Positions 30,901 to 39,981 of a stretch of DNA of 64,000 bases are shown here, one piece after another. Each line of letters starts with the position of its first letter. Within the stretch, counting starts at the first letter, position 1. Source of the DNA: Aureliella sp. (GTDB lineage Bacteria; Planctomycetota; Planctomycetia; Pirellulales; Pirellulaceae); NCBI GenBank assembly GCA_963691875.1, contig OY829846.1, positions 2,432,001 to 2,496,000 on the forward strand, read 5' to 3'. The translations under genes and the position numbers were made by a program. The notes under the pieces were generated by a model. It saw only the letters and a list, made by a program, of their open reading frames with translations, had not been told where the DNA came from and did not search any database.

Positions 30901-32091
30901 AGCAGCGGCAAGGTGGATCGCAAGCGTTTGCCCCAGATCGATCTAAGCGCATTCGCTGGCACCCAAAAAATTGTTCCGGCCTCAAACACATTGGAGGAGT
31001 TCCTTCTGCAGGATTGGCTCGAAGTTCTTGGGCTGGAAGAAGCCGGTGTCAACCAAAACTTTTTCGATGTTGGCGGTAGTTCACTACAAGCGGCGTTGCT
31101 GACTTCGCGGTGGAGCGAAGGCCTCGAAATCGATATCCCAACCAGCTTGCTTTTCGATTTGACTGATCTGACTCAAATTGCGGCGCGGATTGCAGTTCTG
31201 CACCCGGAGTCGATTGAGAGTCGGTTTGGCCTAGAGTGCATCGAGCAAATTGCAGCCGGTCGGGGGAAGTCCAATGATCACAAGCATCCATTGGTTGCTT
31301 CGTTTAGTTCGAGCGGCGAATCAATCGCGCTTGGAGCACAGCAGCCGATCTTCATGATCCACCCGCCCGGAGGCATCGTCGTGTGCTATCGCGAGTTGGC
31401 GAAACTGCTGGGAAGTCGCCCCTTATTTGCGATTCGCTCGCACGGTTTGCACGGCGAGGAGGAATTGCCAGCCAGTGTCGAAGCAATGGCAGCCGCCTAC
31501 CGTGAGGCCATTCGCTCGGTGCAGCCAAGCGGGCCTTACCTCCTTGGCGGATGGTCGCTTGGCGGACTCGTGGCTTATGAAGTGGCTCAGCAGGCTCTCG
31601 CCGTGGGAGAAGCAGTCAGTCGACTCGTGTTGCTTGACACCACAATCCCAGAAAACGCATCGAGCCTTGTGCCTGCCAAGGACCAAGTCAACGTAGGGCT
31701 CGAGTACGGCATTGAGCTCAGTTTGGATCAACTAGGAGAGTTGGCACCGGAGGAACAATTGCCATTCCTATGGGAACATGCGAAGAAACTCGGAGTCATC
31801 GACGAGAAGTCTCCTCCCGAAGTGATCGAAAAATCCTTGCGAGATCTTCAAAGGCTTTTTCATCACCACGTTTCGGTCAGCCGAGACTATCGAATGCGTC
31901 CGATTGAAACAGACATTCTTTTGTTCCGGCCCGAAGAAGTACCTTTTGAGCTGCAAGTTTCCGAGGACCGTGGCTGGGGTACTCTCGCGAAAACAGTCGA
32001 CGTGAAATTCGTTCCAGGTCACCACCACAGCATGGTCCAGTCTCCGAATATCGAGGTTCTGGCGAGGGAACTAGACGAATTCTTATCCTGA
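27901..32091 (+). CDS. Single-module NRPS, C-A-PCP-TE
   Basis: C HHIVVD; A FTSGSTGKPKG, YGPTE, TGD, GYRIELGEIE, SGKVDRK; PCP GGSSL; TE GWSLGG; start placed at MSADPF. Confidence 0.95.
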   Translation: MSADPFSTSSSKPASLGAMSEEEKRQLLAKLLAKKAQENKVFPMSEGQQGLWHAFRRDPNQTSFNVFLPTRVRSGLNLNALQKSTELIARRNPLLTATFSDSGGELLQTIHESRVPEFSVIDILGADDAKIQQVVGAETLKAFDLESGPLLRMLLYRVGEDDYVLLALTHHIVVDFWSLVIILDEVRRAYAGFTANAEPKLDAAVQNFAEFVREQREHLDSSEGKRLQAHWQHVLGQGSPVLDLPLDRVRPTRFTSRAANCALPLTPELGRQVQAVAKRNSSTPFSVLNAAVQVFLSRYGGEQEFFIGSPFSGRNSRKYEKTVGFFVNMLPIHADLSDAPTFNALVRRTGKTLFNALEHENYPIARMVQDAKVVRDASRSPAFQVSCTFEKAQLKEESGRAGFLFPGEKQVWDFAGMQQESFYIPVQTCHYDLEFIFEQTDETLRGMFCYCRDLFSKESVEQFAENFVSLLQSLLDRSSESIRHVTWGNAAAVAKGREDKPSELQNRIGRVEHLIGNVVERQADSTAISFQNTTWTYREFASLAREITKHAGLPESSHPRDTLIPIYARRTPTVWASMFALHQAGYAFVPIDAGQPGVDLREVMEQTKASFALIAPEYEAEFAADSFATRPLLDAASSDLPEETRVASPVSSRGDELAYAVFTSGSTGKPKGVMVDQQAVCNTLHWRMTDIPLKPTDRVLMLLSHQFDAGLGIAWTTLTQGATLVMADEETLQDPQAIIELIIRERINVIPAPPSLLSLIVSHPKFRDCAANLKYLWTGGEAMSPDFPELVRSRCNARLFNFYGPTEAAIEATYCDVTDHDKQMPVPLGHTIDNAEIVIVDEQQHLLPSTVPGEIAIGGAGLARGYLGDAELTESRFIPHPADATKRLYLTGDRGRINSSGQVEFFGRTDHQVKLQGYRIELGEIEAAIESHLGVDRAAVKIVDAGSPNAKLVAFASPLSEKSTSEKDQLRTELRSYLSDRLPRYKIPAALMMLDSLPETSSGKVDRKRLPQIDLSAFAGTQKIVPASNTLEEFLLQDWLEVLGLEEAGVNQNFFDVGGSSLQAALLTSRWSEGLEIDIPTSLLFDLTDLTQIAARIAVLHPESIESRFGLECIEQIAAGRGKSNDHKHPLVASFSSSGESIALGAQQPIFMIHPPGGIVVCYRELAKLLGSRPLFAIRSHGLHGEEELPASVEAMAAAYREAIRSVQPSGPYLLGGWSLGGLVAYEVAQQALAVGEAVSRLVLLDTTIPENASSLVPAKDQVNVGLEYGIELSLDQLGELAPEEQLPFLWEHAKKLGVIDEKSPPEVIEKSLRDLQRLFHHHVSVSRDYRMRPIETDILLFRPEEVPFELQVSEDRGWGTLAKTVDVKFVPGHHHSMVQSPNIEVLARELDEFLS

Positions 32092-33100
32092 TTCGACTGG
32101 CTTTCGTACCTCTTGGAGAACACGCGATAGTTGCTCTGCATCTCGCGATTGGCTCTGTTTCGAACGAACCTGTCTGAACTTGGCCTGTCCGAGAACGATC
32201 CGAGTGGAGCGAGCACTTCTAGCGCGTTCGCAACTTCCAATCCCAGAAATGCGACGAGTCAGAGGAGATTCTCAAGATGCGAAAACTTGCAACGGTTCGA
32301 AAAGTTTCTGAAGTCAGACCGATCCCGGACGCCGATCGCATTGAACTCGAGGCTGTTGGCGGCTGGCAGCACGTTGCGTAGAAGGTTGAATTCTCCGTAT
32401 GTGAAGAAATCATTTACCGTGAGATTGACTCGTTTCTCCCGGTTCGCGAAGAATTCGGATTATGGCGTAAGAGCTCGTTCAAACGCATGGACGAGCGCGA
32501 GGGCTTGCGACTTCGAACGGGACGACTGCGAGGCCAACTTTCTCAAGGCTCGCTGCTTTCCACTTCACTTTTTCCGCGACTGCTTGCGTTAGGCGACGAG
32601 GTCAATGAGGATCTCGGAATCGCGAAGTACGAGCCACCAGTACCAGTCAACTTGGCGGGCGAAGCCGTTGGCCCATTTCCCTCCGGTATCGCCAAAACAG
32701 ACTAGGAACGAATCCAGAACTTGGCCTTTGAGTTTGAAAGCCACCCGGGAAGGAGTTTTACCTCACAGCAAAACTCTCCAGTCTTGGTCGACACATTGCG
32801 ATTTAAGGTGAGCTTTTCGGTCCTGGCATCGAAGGCAACAAGTATTAGCTGCACGAGCATCAGCTGTTCGTGTTCAACGCATTCGACTTGGGTAGTTTTG
32901 CGTACAAGAAAAAGGAAGAACGACACGAGTTGTGCAAGAGTCTGGCATTGCAGCAAGTTCCAGGAACGACCTAAGAGATTCTCCAGTTCGCTGAAGGCAA
33001 GAGTGTTGAACGCTCAGACCGATCGCGAAGGACTCGTCTGGGGCCCACGGAAACGGCTCAAACAGAATCTAGTTCAAGGCGATCTCGAGTGCGTTTCTCG
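32092..33100 (-). pseudogene. Possible degraded gene of unknown family
   Basis: Minus-strand frames give protein-like stretches (GGKWANGFARQVDWYWWLVLRDSEILID; FFTYGEFNLLRNVLPAANSLEF) interrupted by stops; no intact long ORF in ~1 kb. Confidence 0.3.
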
Positions 33101-33182
33101 TGGATGACCGAGACGGCTGATGGAATATACGCTGAGTCCAGCGAAGCTAGAATCAACGCTCCCAACCAAGCCAATGAAGTCT

Positions 33183-34568
33183 CTACTTTCTGGGCTTTTT
33201 CCATGCCCTTTGTTTCTTCGGCAACCACTCCCGCAACTCTGCTTTCACCGATGCATAGCCAGGGTCTGAAGCCAAGTTTTTCCACTCATAAGGATCAGCC
33301 TTCTCGTCATACAACTCTTCGTCTCCATTCGCATACGAGATGTACCGCCACTGCTCACTCCTCACAGCATGGTTTTTGTATCCATGCGTGGTAATGGCTG
33401 GAGGCTGCCACTTCGCATCCGGATCAGCCAGCAGAGTGCGGATGCTCTTGCCTTCGACGTGCTCAGGAACTTCGAGTCCAGCCAAGTCGCAGAGTGTCGG
33501 GTAGACGCTCATCAAGTCGACCGGTCGATCGCTCATGGTTCCATCTTGAGTGACGCCAGGTGCAACCCAGATAAACGGCATTCGCGTGGGTTCTTCCCAG
33601 AGTGCAAATTTGCGCCAATGTTGCTTCTCGCCAAAGGACCAGCCATGGTCGCCCCACAGAACAATGATCGTATTATCCTTGTGTGGGCTGCTCTCCAACG
33701 CATCCAATAATCGACCGACGTTCATATCCGTGTAAGCACAAGTGGCTAGGTAAGATCGAATTGCAGCCTTCCATCGGCCGTTCTCTAGAAATCGCTTGTG
33801 ATCGGCTTTAGGCTTGGCCATTTGCAAGCCCGCAGGTGGTAGGTCCTTAAGGTCTCCCTCCAAGATGGGCGGAAGTTGAATCGAATCAAGTGGGAATTGA
33901 TCAAAGTATTTCTTTGGTGCAGAAAATGGCAAATGCGGCTTATAGAGTCCGCAGGCGATGAAAAATGGCTTCTCGTGATTTTCCTTCAGGTGCTTGATGC
34001 AGTATTCGACCGAATGATAGTCGAGCAGGTCGTCGTCTTTGAGTTCGTGCTTCATAGGCTCATGGAAGCCGTCCATTTTCTGGACGCCCGGTCCATTAGG
34101 GTGCAGACCTTCCTTAGACATGTAGTCTGTCCATTCCTCCGGTATGTAGTCCATCGAGTGGTAGATTTTTCCCGCGCCCACGACGTGATAACCAGACTGA
34201 AGGAACTGAGCACTCAAACCTTCACCCGACTTTTGATATTTCTTCCATCCGTCGCCATTCTTATAGCAACCGCTTGTCCAAGGTCGGCGACCGCTCATCA
34301 GGGCACAGCGTGAGGGTTCGCAGGCTGGTACCGCACAATAGGCGTGGCGAAAGCTCAAGCCCATCTTTGCGAGTCGATCAATGTTAGGTGTTTTTGCCTG
34401 TTCGTTCCTTCCCAAGTGCGTCACCCAGTGATTGAGATCGTCAATGGCGATGAACAGCACATTGGGGCGATCTTCCGCATGTGCGAGCGACACTGAAGAG
34501 GCGAGCAAAACAAACAAGCCGTTTGCTTGCAGAATAACCTGAAATAAAAACGAGATTCGAGTCAGCAA
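33183..34568 (-). CDS. Sulfatase (iduronate-2-sulfatase/choline-sulfatase-like)
   Basis: PNVLFIAIDDL, CEPSR formylglycine motif, GKIYH, KPHLP, WGDHG. Confidence 0.95.
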   Translation of the reverse strand: MLTRISFLFQVILQANGLFVLLASSVSLAHAEDRPNVLFIAIDDLNHWVTHLGRNEQAKTPNIDRLAKMGLSFRHAYCAVPACEPSRCALMSGRRPWTSGCYKNGDGWKKYQKSGEGLSAQFLQSGYHVVGAGKIYHSMDYIPEEWTDYMSKEGLHPNGPGVQKMDGFHEPMKHELKDDDLLDYHSVEYCIKHLKENHEKPFFIACGLYKPHLPFSAPKKYFDQFPLDSIQLPPILEGDLKDLPPAGLQMAKPKADHKRFLENGRWKAAIRSYLATCAYTDMNVGRLLDALESSPHKDNTIIVLWGDHGWSFGEKQHWRKFALWEEPTRMPFIWVAPGVTQDGTMSDRPVDLMSVYPTLCDLAGLEVPEHVEGKSIRTLLADPDAKWQPPAITTHGYKNHAVRSEQWRYISYANGDEELYDEKADPYEWKNLASDPGYASVKAELREWLPKKQRAWKKPRK

Positions 34569-34627
34569 ACCAACGGCTCCTTGGGCGAGATTGCGAGTGA
34601 GAACGGATTGGAACTAATGATACCAAC

Positions 34628-34662
34628 AAAAACGGCCAGCACGTGAACTCACGAACTGGCCA
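34628..34662 (-). terminator. Putative intrinsic terminator after the TlpA-like gene
   Basis: GGCCAG..GTGA/TCAC..CTGGCC stem followed by a T-run on the minus strand. Confidence 0.55.
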
Positions 34663-34691
34663 TTTAATTGCAGTCGATGGAAATCGAGCAG

Positions 34692-36203
34692 CTACTTCAG
34701 CAGCTCTTCGATCTTCTCATGCAGGGCTGTCGCGTTGGCTTCGCCCGAGCCGACTTTGATCATGGCAATCTTACCTTCTTTGTCGATCAAGACAGCTTGC
34801 GGTATTCCCGAAACCTTGAATTGCTTCGAATAGTCGCTTTCCTTGCCAGAGACGAAGAAACCGTGATGTAAGCCGTAGCTTTCACGGAATCTCTCGAGCA
34901 TTTCAAGCTCTTCTTCCGGCTCAACTTCATCACCAGTGGATCGAGTTGCTCGTCCTGCATCGGCGTCCCAGGTGTAGTTGTAGAACCTGGTAGCCCCCAA
35001 GATGACCAGCCCCTTGTCGGCATACTCTTCGTGCCATTCGATCAGGTGAGGAAAAGTTGCAATGCAAGGTCCGCACCAGACTGCCCAAAAGTCAATCAAA
35101 ACCACCTTGCCCTTTAAGTCAGCCATCGAAACCTTGTCGGTTGCGACAAAGTACTCAGCATCGATCTCAGGAGCTTGCGTGCCGATCAGCTTCAGACGCT
35201 CCAGAGTGCTTTGCAGGCGAGCACGTGTACTTGCAATGTTCCGCTTGACCGTTGTCAGGCGGTCCTGCTCGGATTCATCCAATTTCTCACTGAACTCTTT
35301 CAAACGTGCTTCCACGTCCTCGAGCATCTCCGAGGCTTTCTCAGGTTCGGAGTAAATGGCACTACTGATCGGACGCGAAACCATCGAGTAGTAGAGGCTG
35401 AATGCAGATGCCTTGGCATCTTCTGCTTCTAGCCCCTTGAGCGTCAAGTCCGTCGCTTCTTTGACGGCCGCCTCAGCTTCTTCAGGGAAGTCGCCAGACA
35501 GATACCGATCGTAAGTCTGCGCGGCATTTGTAAAACGTTGCATGGCGACAGGACTTCCCTCTTCAAGCTTTTTGCGAGACTCGGCAAGCTGGCCATCTAG
35601 GATTCTTTTGATTTCTTCGACCCTGTCGAGCTCCCTCAACACGCGAAGCTTAGAAGACTCAAGGTTGGTCAGATAGAGGGCACCTTTCGGACCAAGTTCC
35701 TGGAGCTTGCTGGTTGCTTTCTCAACCATCGCCAGCTTTTCTTCACCCGGCAACTCACGCTCCATGCCAACACGATAACTGGTGGTCATCGACAATATCG
35801 ATGCATGTCCGACCGAGAAATCATCGATTGCGATCAAAGCGTCAAATTGCGCCCCGAGCCTTTCCAGGGTCTTGGGGAGGTCAACACGCGGCAGCGAGCG
35901 GCAAAGTGTTGTATTGTGGCGAAAGGCATTCAGGTCCGTTGGGTCTTTCTCGAATGCGGCATCGATCATCTCGATCAGGGTGTCGTAATCGCCTTTGCGA
36001 ATCAGGCTGCTCACGGTCTTCGTATCGAGCGTGAGCTTCTCTTCTTCGACCTCATCGACGACTTCAATCGAGCGGTCTGTCTCCTGGGCCAAACAGGCTG
36101 GACTGGCTCCCAGGCTCAAGCCAATCGCCACGGTGAGGCTTGCTTGACTGACACGCCCAGTCAGCGTTGCAAGTAAGTGTTTCGGTGAGGATGCGTTTTT
36201 CAT
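34692..36203 (-). CDS. Secreted TlpA-like thiol-disulfide oxidoreductase with helical N-terminal region
   Basis: KGKVVLIDFWAVWCGPC, GIPQAVLIDKEG; signal peptide; start placed at MKNASS. Confidence 0.9.
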   Translation of the reverse strand: MKNASSPKHLLATLTGRVSQASLTVAIGLSLGASPACLAQETDRSIEVVDEVEEEKLTLDTKTVSSLIRKGDYDTLIEMIDAAFEKDPTDLNAFRHNTTLCRSLPRVDLPKTLERLGAQFDALIAIDDFSVGHASILSMTTSYRVGMERELPGEEKLAMVEKATSKLQELGPKGALYLTNLESSKLRVLRELDRVEEIKRILDGQLAESRKKLEEGSPVAMQRFTNAAQTYDRYLSGDFPEEAEAAVKEATDLTLKGLEAEDAKASAFSLYYSMVSRPISSAIYSEPEKASEMLEDVEARLKEFSEKLDESEQDRLTTVKRNIASTRARLQSTLERLKLIGTQAPEIDAEYFVATDKVSMADLKGKVVLIDFWAVWCGPCIATFPHLIEWHEEYADKGLVILGATRFYNYTWDADAGRATRSTGDEVEPEEELEMLERFRESYGLHHGFFVSGKESDYSKQFKVSGIPQAVLIDKEGKIAMIKVGSGEANATALHEKIEELLK

Positions 36204-36443
36204 GTACGCGAGACCTTTTCGTTCAGGAGGGATGGTTGGCACAGGCGGCCAGACTTGAGCCAACTATTCTAACCCAAGCTCAGAAGCTGACGAGTCACAA
36301 AGCCCCAATGTCCGTCGCAAGTTTTCGAACGGATGCCCGATTATTTAACGAAGATGATAGATTAGCACTCAACTCAATGAAGTCTTTGGGCACCAAATTA
36401 GTAAGGAATAGATCCTGGCTGCGTTTGCAAGCACTCGATGCAA

Positions 36444-37418
36444 CTACTTGCCGGGAGGAATCGTTAACAGCACTTTTTTTTGTTGCTTCAAGCCATCAGC
36501 GGTGGAAGCGGGCGGCCGCTCTCCCTCATCACCAAACAGCTCTCTATCCCAGTTCGTGTCGAGCAGCAAGTCAAAGCCTGGATTCTGCTCTTTGACTTGA
36601 CACGAACATGCAGCGCATAAGAACCCGGTTAGATCCTGCAGCAGCGCCGGAGTCAATTGTGAAGCAGGAATAACCTCAAGCGCACGGCCGCGTCCGAAAA
36701 TGGGAACCACAAGTGGTTCGTCTTTCTCGAATGCTTCGGGCTGAAGCCCAGCCAGCATTTGCAATAAGTAATCTTCTTTGGCGTCATCGCGCGAGAGCTT
36801 GAGCGAACTGAACTTTAGCAGCAGTGGTACCTCCGAAAACAACTCCGAGCCAGGCAGACCGATTCCCTCGGGTAACTCGAGGCTCTGAGAGAGTTTTTCG
36901 GTCTCGACTTGCAGCATTTCTTGCACTCGCTTGTTTGCTGCTAAGTCTTTCGTCGATTGCAGAAAAAGCCATACAATTGCATCACCGGAAGTAAGTCGCT
37001 TGCCAAGCTCGATCCGAATCGGGGACTGCAAGGCAGAATTCGATTTCTGAAGTGGTCCATGCCACGCAATAAACGGCCCGCGAGCATGCTTGCCTTCGAT
37101 CATTACATAGGGCGTCTTGATCTCAGGATGAATCTCCGTAAGCCGCTCCCAGGACGCACGCCTCGCTGAATTCTGATTTTCTAGGAGATGAACCCATTCG
37201 GTTTCGATATTGCTTTTGGTGCCGTCATCCGAGACCGCGTCCAGTTGCTTCCACAGGTCCAAGTCCTCGTTCAAAACCCTACCTTCCACAAAGACCGTCA
37301 CCTTGAGTCGGTCACTAGCCCAGCGCTCCAGCGCGTACCGGAACACGGGAATGTTACAGGCGACTGCCGGAATCGCGAGGAGGGATAGAAAAGCAACTAA
37401 TAGGATTCGTTTTGTCAT
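36444..37418 (-). CDS. Secreted hypothetical protein
   Basis: Signal peptide then ACNIPVFRYALERW; FGRGRAL; CAACSCQVKEQNPGFDLL; start MTKRIL. Confidence 0.8.
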   Translation of the reverse strand: MTKRILLVAFLSLLAIPAVACNIPVFRYALERWASDRLKVTVFVEGRVLNEDLDLWKQLDAVSDDGTKSNIETEWVHLLENQNSARRASWERLTEIHPEIKTPYVMIEGKHARGPFIAWHGPLQKSNSALQSPIRIELGKRLTSGDAIVWLFLQSTKDLAANKRVQEMLQVETEKLSQSLELPEGIGLPGSELFSEVPLLLKFSSLKLSRDDAKEDYLLQMLAGLQPEAFEKDEPLVVPIFGRGRALEVIPASQLTPALLQDLTGFLCAACSCQVKEQNPGFDLLLDTNWDRELFGDEGERPPASTADGLKQQKKVLLTIPPGK

Positions 37419-37659
37419 CGGTTTGCGGCAGAACGAGGAGAATGCGGACGGAAGACATTTTAGCAGCCGCAGTAGAAAATATCCGAAACATCTTTGCGAG
37501 TGAACGAGATTGAGAATCCTGGAATTTGCAAGAATCCGTGGCCGTTTGAGTAGTCTTTCAGCAATTAACAACTGAGGAGGTAACGTTTGCACAGCGCCCA
37601 GTTGTGCCGTGTTCGAAGCCTTAAAAATGGACAAATAGAAAGATATAAGGAGCCCACAA

Positions 37660-37977
37660 ATGAATAGCATCCAAAAACCTGAAGCCAATCCTGTCGTTTC
37701 AGCCCTTCTGACTCTGCTCATTCTTAATTTGGGTCATGTCATCATTAACGGCCAAACCAAGAAATGGGCCATGATTTTTCTGGCGACCATCATCGGGACC
37801 TTTCTGTGTGTTCTTCCGGGTTTGGTTATCTGGATTCTCAGCGTTCTCGACTCATATCAAACCGCCGAGAGACTCCGGGCGGGGGAAGAAATTCCTGAGA
37901 ACGAGTACACGAATCCAACTCTTTATAAGATCTGCAGGATGATTGATAAGTCAGCCACTTGCAGGAACGCTTCGTAA
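37660..37977 (+). CDS. Small membrane protein (TM2-like)
   Basis: AGGAG RBS; hydrophobic NPVVSALL..LGHVIINGQTKK..WILSVLDSY. Confidence 0.75.
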   Translation: MNSIQKPEANPVVSALLTLLILNLGHVIINGQTKKWAMIFLATIIGTFLCVLPGLVIWILSVLDSYQTAERLRAGEEIPENEYTNPTLYKICRMIDKSATCRNAS

Positions 37978-38127
37978 CAACCTCGCTCGTTCGGCTTCGT
38001 TGGAAGAACAGGTAGTTTAGGCGATTTTTCAGATCTCAAGGACATGATCTCAAGAGCGGGTTATCTGCTGACGATCTAGCAAGGGACGCTGGTATTTGCC
38101 AGCGAAAGCCATTCTTGAGGTCGTGCT

Positions 38128-38415
38128 GTGATGATTAATGAAACTCCCGTTGAAAAGACCCGCCGAGCCATTTCCAATCACCTGGAGATGTTCGGTGCGA
38201 ACAACGCGGACTCGCTGCACGAAACCATGCTAATCCACAATGGCTTGTTTTGTGGACGAAAATTCAAATGCGACGAATACGAAGTCGTCTGGTTTCTCGA
38301 AGAAGATGAAATCAAGTTCTTTAGCCCTGTGGGCGAACTGCTGAAAGCCTGCAGTGCTATTGAGTGCTTGCAAGGCGTTGAGCACCTCAATACCGAACAG
38401 AGAAAAGCTGCTTAG
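38128..38415 (+). CDS. Hypothetical protein
   Basis: 95-aa ORF, ETMLIHNGLFCGRKF..VVWFLEEDEIKFF. Confidence 0.7.
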   Translation: MMINETPVEKTRRAISNHLEMFGANNADSLHETMLIHNGLFCGRKFKCDEYEVVWFLEEDEIKFFSPVGELLKACSAIECLQGVEHLNTEQRKAA

Positions 38416-38610
38416 ACTCAGCAGCGACCTGCTGGTCTCACGAACGCATTCGCGATGTCGCAACCAAGCCGTTGATGATTTTGCGCCGATCTGGGCTCAA
38501 GCTCGGGTTAAGAAGTTCCGATTATGACGATTAACCCCATTGTGATGGGTAATCGTTGTTCGTTTGCTAGCTGCCAATGCTAGTAAGGAGCGGAACAGGA
38601 GCGCTCTACT

Positions 38611-39903
38611 ATGTCGCTAAATGCCAAACTCCACCTACCTCTCTGGTGCGCAGGTTGTTGCCTAACTTTCACTGGCTGCGTCACCTCTGGGCAGAGTGCT
38701 AGCAACGATCCATTTGGTCCACCTACTGCCGCCAAACCTGGGATCATGCAATCGATCTCGGGCACCGCTGCTGGAATCGGCGGGCAGATCAAGTCGATGG
38801 GAACCGCCATTACCGGAGCGTTCACCAAAACCAAAGACGCGATAACTCAGCCTTTCACTCCAGCGACGAATCCAAACGCGGATCCGCTCAGTTTGAGCAA
38901 CATGCCTTCGACCAAAAGCTTGGAGCCAGAGATCTGGGTAGCGAATGGTCAGCTCTATGAAGCTCGGAAAATGTTCGACAAGGCTTACGAGGATTACTCT
39001 AAGGCACTGCAGCTTCAACCGAACAACGAAGCAGCCTTGCTTAGCATGGCCCGACTTCACGCCCGACAATCCAAACACGTTGAGGCGTCTCAGTACTTCG
39101 AGAAAGCAATTGCAGTTGCTCCACGTCCGGAAACCTACAGCGATTATGCCAAGACGCTGGGTGGCATGGGCAAAAACGCAGAGGCATTGGGCGCGGCGTC
39201 CAAAGCTATTGAAATGGACAACACGAACCCTAAGTATCGCAACAACCTCGCGGGACTGCTCGTCCAGCAGGGGAGATCGGAGGAGGCCTCACAGCTGCTT
39301 CAACAAGGTGGCTTGTTTACTCCCGGCGAAGCGAATTACAACGTGGCGTACTTGAACTTCAAGAACAACAACATGCCTTCTGCACGACAATACCTTCAAA
39401 CTGCTTTGCAGCACGAGCCTGGGCTACAGCAAGCTCGTGACTTGCTGAATCAAATTAGTAACAGTCACGGCACGCAAGCGGCAGTTGCCGCTTTTCAAAC
39501 TGCGGGCAACCTGTACCGCACCGCCGAAGCAGTGATTCGGCCTCAGACACCGGCCAATGCAGCCGTGTACCAAGTGCCCCCTGCGAGCGCTAACGGCGCC
39601 GCAAGCTACGCCAGCCCGGCACCGAGCAACGGTATTCCAAGCACTCCAACCTCTCCGCTGCCAGCAAGCGCTCGACCACAACTAGGCGTCCCAACTCAAT
39701 CAAACGCACCGACCAGCTACACCTTGCCCCAAGCAACCGGCAGAACACCAGCCACTAGCAGCACCGGAACAGCCTCAAGCACCGGCAGCGCGACGAGCGT
39801 TGCCGATTTACCTGCACCCAACACCTTGCCGCCACCATCGGCCGGTGTTGGCTCACTTTCTTACCCTTCGCTGCCAAGCGGTGGGTTGCCGACAAGGCAA
39901 TAA
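38611..39903 (+). CDS. TPR-repeat lipoprotein with P/S/T/A-rich tail
   Basis: TFTGC lipobox; repeated helical TPR-like units (YSKALQLQPNN, FEKAIAVAP, RNNLAGLL); AGGAG RBS. Confidence 0.85.
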   Translation: MSLNAKLHLPLWCAGCCLTFTGCVTSGQSASNDPFGPPTAAKPGIMQSISGTAAGIGGQIKSMGTAITGAFTKTKDAITQPFTPATNPNADPLSLSNMPSTKSLEPEIWVANGQLYEARKMFDKAYEDYSKALQLQPNNEAALLSMARLHARQSKHVEASQYFEKAIAVAPRPETYSDYAKTLGGMGKNAEALGAASKAIEMDNTNPKYRNNLAGLLVQQGRSEEASQLLQQGGLFTPGEANYNVAYLNFKNNNMPSARQYLQTALQHEPGLQQARDLLNQISNSHGTQAAVAAFQTAGNLYRTAEAVIRPQTPANAAVYQVPPASANGAASYASPAPSNGIPSTPTSPLPASARPQLGVPTQSNAPTSYTLPQATGRTPATSSTGTASSTGSATSVADLPAPNTLPPPSAGVGSLSYPSLPSGGLPTRQ

Positions 39904-39938
39904 AAAAGCCAGCGTGACCGACTTGGTTCACACTGGCT
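39902..39938. terminator. Hairpin between convergent genes (terminator for the minus-strand gene)
   Basis: AAAAAA-GCCAGCGTGA...TCACACTGGC. Confidence 0.6.
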
Positions 39939-39981
39939 AGTAGATTTCAAGAACGCGCCCCTATCAGGCTTGCTCTTCCGG

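Noticed and set aside
32131..33107. Plus-strand ORFs of 153 and 128 aa
   Set aside because: Ser/Arg-rich composition typical of antisense shadows; no recognisable motifs
38527..38557. Palindrome upstream of the TPR gene as a riboswitch or operator
   Set aside because: A single hairpin with no recognisable family or second copy; function cannot be supported
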